From Lama guanicoe (taxonomy: Eukaryota): a DNA stretch of 64,000 bases. Location of the stretch: NCBI GenBank assembly GCA_013239625.1, contig MU053810.1, positions 6,420,122-6,484,121 of the forward strand, in the 5' to 3' direction. The notes below the pieces were generated by a model. It searched no databases. It worked only from the letters and a program-made list of their open reading frames with translations, and was not told the origin of the DNA. Made by a program: the position numbers and the translations under genes. Positions 58,301 through 64,000 of the stretch are shown here, piece after piece (position 1 is the stretch's first letter; each line of letters starts with the position of its first letter).

Positions 58301-59039
58301 GAAAATGTTGAGAGCATTTTTCTTCCCCCTCCTATAAAGTCATAGATCTGTGGGCAAAGAGTGCTGTGGGGTCATGATTCAGGCTTCATTCCCACCCCCT
58401 CCATATACACACTGGTGAAAGATACTTTTTACAATATTTTTAAGCAGAATTAAAATGACAAAGGTATTCTCTAAAACAAGTGAACATGAGAGTGGACCTA
58501 ACAGATGAGACACACACTGGATAAGAGGGCAGAAACTATAGACGATGTGAAGTCCAGGACTAGAAATAGGTAGAAAGGTACCTGGAAGGTAAGGAAGCAG
58601 AACGCACCCTCATAACGAAGGCCCTGACCTGGGCTTGGTGGGGAGCATGGAGCTGAATGTATGCCCTGCCTGGAAGAGAAGACTGATAAAGTTCTGCACC
58701 CTCTTCCTTTTGCAGAGCCAAGTACCTGAGCTGGCAGGACAGAGCAGAGACATGGGGTCTACGCCATACTGGCTGAGTGACTAGATTTTCAATATCCTTA
58801 AAGTCATGAAGGGCAATTTGGACTAGGGGGCTCCTGAAGCCAGATTATAGCAAAGGCAAAACTTCAAAAACAGGATAATGGAATGCAGAAAGAAAGAAAA
58901 AGCAAAACAAAACATCACCTACTAAAGATGGAAGAACAAACTAAAATCCTAAACCACAGACGGAAACCACATTTGTGCAAACAAACTCATTAATTAGGAC
59001 ACTACAACCTTGTTGAAATGCAAATCAAAAAATGACTGT

Positions 59040-59530
59040 TATATTGTCTAAGATCAAGAGAAAAAAGGAAGAATTACATTCACAAAAAGAAAAAGAAATT
59101 AGCAAGATATGAATGGCCAGATATAAAAGTCAGACATGATGAAAGAATGGTTAAAAACTAAAACTGTGAGAAATTCTAGAAATGAAAAATACAGGTGTTG
59201 ATAGAAATATCAGCACAAAAAATCAGTATAGAGGATACTCTAGACGAGGTCTAGTCTAACAGAGAATTAGTGAATCAGAAAACAATTATGAAGAAATCAT
59301 CTCAAATGCAGCAGAGATTCATAAACTGATGACCAACACAAAAGAGAAATTATAAGACATTTAAAGTAAATTAGGACATTCCAATACTCATCTCTCAGGA
59401 GCAGAAAATAAAAAAGAATGCAAGAGGATCAATATTTAAAGAACTAATGACTGAAAAAAATTCCTTAACTGAGTAAGTCATGAGTTCTCATATCAAAAGC
59501 ATATTCTAAATTCTTAACTGGATAAAGAAG
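59040..59530 (+). mobile_element. Old L1 ORF1 relic
   Basis: A-rich, with GAAATTCTAGAAATGAAAAATA, AGAGAATTAGTGAA and AATGCAGCAGAGA. Boundaries are approximate. Confidence 0.55.
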
Positions 59531-59595
59531 AATATATTTTGTGACTCAAACAAAAGTACTGAGCTTAACACAGTGTCGAAAACATAGTAGTTTTC

Positions 59596-60152
59596 TTTTT
59601 TTTCCTTTTTTTTAAAACATTTTTTATTGATTTATAATCATTTCACAATGTTGTGTCAAATTCCAGTGTAGAGCACAATTTTTCAGTTATACATGAACAT
59701 ACATATATTCATTGTCACATTTTTTTCTCTGTGAGCTACCATAAGATCTTGTGTATATTTCCCTGTGCAATACAGTATCATCTTGTTTATCTATTCTACA
59801 ATTTTGAAAACACAGTCTAACCCTTCCCACCCTCCGCCCCTTGGCAACCACAAGTTTGTATTCTATGTCTGTGAGTCTATTTCTGTTTTGTATTTATGCT
59901 TTGTGTGTTTTTTTTTAGATTCCACATATGGTATTTTTCTTTCTCTTTCTGGCTTACTTCACTTAGAATGACATTCTCCAGGAGCATCCATGTTGCTGCA
60001 AATGGCGCTATGTTGTCAGTTTTTATGGCTGAGTAGTATTCCATTGTATAAATATACCACCACTTCTTTATCCAGTCATCTGTTGATGGACATTTAGGCT
60101 GTTTCCATGTCTTGGCTATTGTGAATAATGCTGCTATGAACACTGGGATGCA
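59596..60152 (-). mobile_element. Young 5'-truncated L1
   Basis: Poly(T), 3' UTR and ORF2 C-terminus (ORF 59877-60188). TSD GAAAACA(TA)GTAGTTTTC at 59578-59595 and 60153-60168. Confidence 0.9.
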
Positions 60153-60255
60153 GAAAACAGTAGTTTTCAATAATTTTTTTTTAATCACTAGAACTTAGAG
60201 CACCAGGCTTTCAGTCTGAATATTGTATAGTTCAACCATTCTTATAATGTTTGAA

Positions 60256-60755
60256 TGCTGGGAGGCAATTCTCCAAGAGTCTCTCACATTTCTTCATGTC
60301 TTGTATTAGCTTTTGTTCTAGACTATATTTGCTATGTTTGTTATACAAACAGCCTTGGAAGTGAAAGAAAATGTCTCCCTCCAGAATATATGGAAATTTT
60401 GTTTGCTGTCCAGAATAGTAAAGAAAACGTCTGCTCCAGGGCAAAGTTTAGGGAGATATACTAGCAATCCCTTTAAAAGATTAGAGTTTCCCAAGCTTAA
60501 GGTTCCCAAACTGTGAGGCAAACCCACTGTGTACACAGCATCTACCAAGGCCATTCCAGGTCACCCCGAGGACTTATGGGGCAAGGACAACTGACATGAA
60601 CATAAAACTCACTCTGTGGGCTTAACTGTGAGTAGGAAAGTCCTCTGTCTCTGATCCAGGAGTATTGTATCTTCTGCCAGCATTTATGAAACGGGGAGGT
60701 CACCCTGTTAGCTTGCAAGTGGGAGAAAATCTTAGATCCTTCAGAGCTGTTGACA
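60256..60755 (+). mobile_element. ERVL solo LTR (LTR40-like), 500 bp
   Basis: TG...CA termini (TGCTGGGAGGCAATTCTCC ... CCTTCAGAGCTGTTGACA) with a perfect 5-nt TSD TTGAA on both sides. The family name is from recall. Confidence 0.85.
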
Positions 60756-61084
60756 TTGAACACCCCATATAATATGGGTCCACCTCAATCTCTGTTTTGT
60801 TTGTTTGCTTGCTGTTTGTCCATTTGCTTTGGAAAGGATGGCAGACTGTGGAACTGTATCCACACAAAGATACAAAGATGGGCATGGATGAACCCACAAC
60901 TACCTCCCCACTATAAACGGCATGCCTGCTTCCTTCTTTTTGGCACTCTATTCCACTCACAACTTAAATTCTTCCCCACTGAAGGTCTCTCCAGCAAGAC
61001 TGTAAACTCACTTAGGCAGGGACTGTTACCTCCCAAGACTGTCCACAATCATTGGCCATTGACACTCGTGTGAATAAAGCTTTG

Positions 61085-61300
61085 TCTCTGGGATTAGGAT
61101 TTGAATCCCTGCTAAGTCATTCATCACCTGTGAAGCTTCGTACAAGTTAACTGGCCTCTGCAAACCTCAGTTCTTCTCAGCTGTGAAAATTGGGATCATA
61201 AAACATTTCCCTCGGAGTTGTTGTAAAACCACATGACATAATATAAAATCCTAACATAATGTTCTGGGCAAAGTAGGCATTAAAGAAATAGGAATTAAAT
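61085..61300 (+). mobile_element. MIR
   Basis: Core AAGTTAACTGGCCTCTGCAAACCTCAGTTCTTCTCAGCTGTGAAAATTGGGAT. Further weak MIR remnants lie near 8600, 9550, 19500, 32100 and 50650. Confidence 0.7.
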
Positions 61301-62361
61301 ATGTTAAACTGCAATAGGAATTCAAATATAACTGCCTTTTGGGTCGTGCCTTGTTTTCTACCCACTTCTCCCAACTCCCTAAATAGTGATATATGCTCCT
61401 GAGATGAAATTAATAGGATTCTCAAGAATAAATTTAAATTACAAAAGACTATTTTTCAACTTAACAGTACCATCTACAGGAATTTATCTTAAGGAAATGA
61501 GAAGAGATTTGTGTACAACTCTTCCTTACAGTGTGACTTATTAGAATAAAAACAATAAATAACAACCTAAGTGTCTAATCATAGGGGATTATTTAAATCA
61601 ATCATTGAATAAGTCATGCAAGAGAATGTTGTATAGCAATTAAAAATTTTGTGGTAGAAGGATATTTATAGACATAGATATTTGTTATTCAGTGAAAGAA
61701 GGCAGGTTTCAGGACACGTCTTCCAATTTTGTTTTTAAATGTATTTCCATTCATGAGATACTAGAAAGTTATAGATCAAAATGTTATAAATGGTTTTAGG
61801 TTGTACACTTCTATGTATCTCCTAAATTTCATAAAATGAACTTATATACTATCTATAAAAAGTAAAAAAATTCAATATTATAAAAGCTACACATAGTAGT
61901 GCATTAAAAACCAAAATAGGAAGCGTGAATAAAAATATTAAAAGTTACTTCTGAATATAATTCAAACAGGGAAAAATGATATCAAAAAAATCATAGTGTC
62001 AAAAAGTATTTCAAATGTTACATTCCTTTTTAAATCCCAAATTTAACATATCTTATTCCACAGAAGAGCAGAAAACACAAGAAAATATAAGCCAATACTA
62101 GTCACCTATCGAAGTTTACATTCTCTGTTCCGATGAAGTTGTTTAAAAAATGCTGCCAGTAATTTTACCTACACCAGACTGCAATTCATCATGTGACATT
62201 CACTTTTCATGCAAATACCACCTTATCTCCAAATCACAAGTACGAAATTTAAATAATTAAACCAGCGAGTTCCTTACTCACCTTAACAACCACCGCATCA
62301 TCTAACTGCCCAACTCTTCAGATGATCTTTGGACTTTTGGAGTCAAGATATGATTTGATTA

Positions 62362-62547
<186 letters not shown>

Positions 62548-63079
62548 TTAGATAAGTTAGAGCTTTGAAATTATCATTCACAGTCCTAAAAACTACTCTA
62601 ACACAATGGAATGATGCTCTCCATCAATGCTCAGCCCAAGAAACATATCTCAAAAAATGTTAAAACTGCAACAGGATGAATTAATGTCTGTGAAAGTGCA
62701 CATATCCCTGAGTGATTATGCTGTAGTGATACCAACTTGCACAGAATTCCACTTCCCTAGCCTCCCAGCAAGTCTTACTGCAGAGTGATAATTGAACTCA
62801 GTCTCCGCTGCAAAGACTCCTTTACAAGTCAGTAGCTAAAGATAAACAACAATGAAGTCATTATAGTTTTTATGCTTATCTAAAATTAAAACAAATTTTT
62901 CAGTGTCCCTTCACTAATGCTTTTAAAGGTTTCTCAATTGATCTATTTTTTTCTACGTGATAAAACTGCTAACCCATTTGCGAAGGCTTATGTGCTGGGG
63001 ATGTTGGAATTCCACGTCAGCACAGTGAATGTTTCGTGACGTCCTACAGTAGATGGACAAGTGCGCTATCACACGTCTT

Positions 63080-63425
63080 GATAGGATCAACCAGGTGACA
63101 GCATCAGAGAGGAGCATTTGAACAAACACTGGATGTTTAGTCTGCTGTCTTCAAATATTTGGAAGAGGAATTAGACTAGTTTTCAGTGGTCACAAGGGAC
63201 AAAAAACCTAGGATCACTGGTAGAATTAAGAGAGAACAGATTTCTGGGCAGTGTAAGGGGGAACTTGTTGACAGTCAATCTTATCAAAGATGGAACAGGA
63301 TGCACTGAGAAGCATGATTATCTTTATTAGGGGTTTACTGATTGGATGGTCAATCAGCACACATGTTCTAGAAGGATTCATGCTCTGGATACCCTTCCAA
63401 CCCTGAGGTTCTGAGGATCGATGAT
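63080..63425 (+). mobile_element. CR1/L3 3' fragment
   Basis: Contains GCTGTCTTCAAATATTTG and CAAAGATGGAACAGG, with 3' end CCCTTCCAACCCTGAGGTTCTG. Confidence 0.6.
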
Positions 63426-64000
63426 TATGAGAACACTGGTCACAGCTGGGCTGTCATGTGGGGACAGAAAACAGGAAAAAAATAAGAAGGAACCCATGTC
63501 TGAGCTGAGCCGTGCCATTTCTCGTCTGTATTGTTCATCTTCCTGGGATGGGAATTTGGCAATTTATTCTATTGGGCTTATCTGAAAAGATCCTACCCAG
63601 GGATGCTAACATATGCTAAGGAATGAGGATGACACTCTAAAGTTTCCATTTCGTCTAAGAGAGTGTGTCGATTTCTGCCACCTGCAGCACGTGTAGCTAC
63701 GCACTGAGTTCAGTCACACATGGGATTATTTCACTCAAGTAAAACCTCATCAAATAGCTGATGGGTACCAGCCACCCTGTGAGACACTGAAGTCATAAGG
63801 ACAAGTAATGCACATTTGGTGCCTTGGAGTTACTTACAGGCTCTTTTGGGAGAAAGTCCTCCAAACGGGAAGCTGAATCAAAGAGGTGATGCTGCCAGAG
63901 CAGGTGGAGCAAAGTGCAGCGAGAGTACTCGTGGCAGGGCCCTCCCTGCCTGCAGGAAACCTGGATGTGTTTCTAGGAGGTGAAATGGTGTGGGATATGT

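Overview
Mammalian genomic DNA, very likely camelid (inferred from the tRNA-derived Vic-1-type SINEs and the young L1 3' UTR type). The whole window lies inside the MYO3A (myosin IIIA) gene on the minus strand. Eleven coding exons were resolved, all with GT-AG boundaries, and they join into one open 1465-nt frame. They cover the end of the N-terminal kinase domain and most of the motor domain (P-loop GESGAGKT, switch [10 protein letters not shown], switch [10 protein letters not shown]). Exon numbers 10-20 follow the human gene as recalled, not a database lookup. The introns hold the usual mammalian repeats: young and old L1, L2, MIR, CR1/L3, Tigger and MER5 DNA transposons, an ERVL solo LTR and SINEs. 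I found no convincing new biological system. The most notable features are a tailless tRNA-Ser 5'-half retro-insertion, a twin-primed 5'-inverted L1, a solo poly(A) insertion, a NAGNAG acceptor at exon 20, an unusual Thr in the myosin GN(I/V/L)xF motif, and an intronic CpG-rich patch containing a hairpin-forming Tigger3-like MITE.
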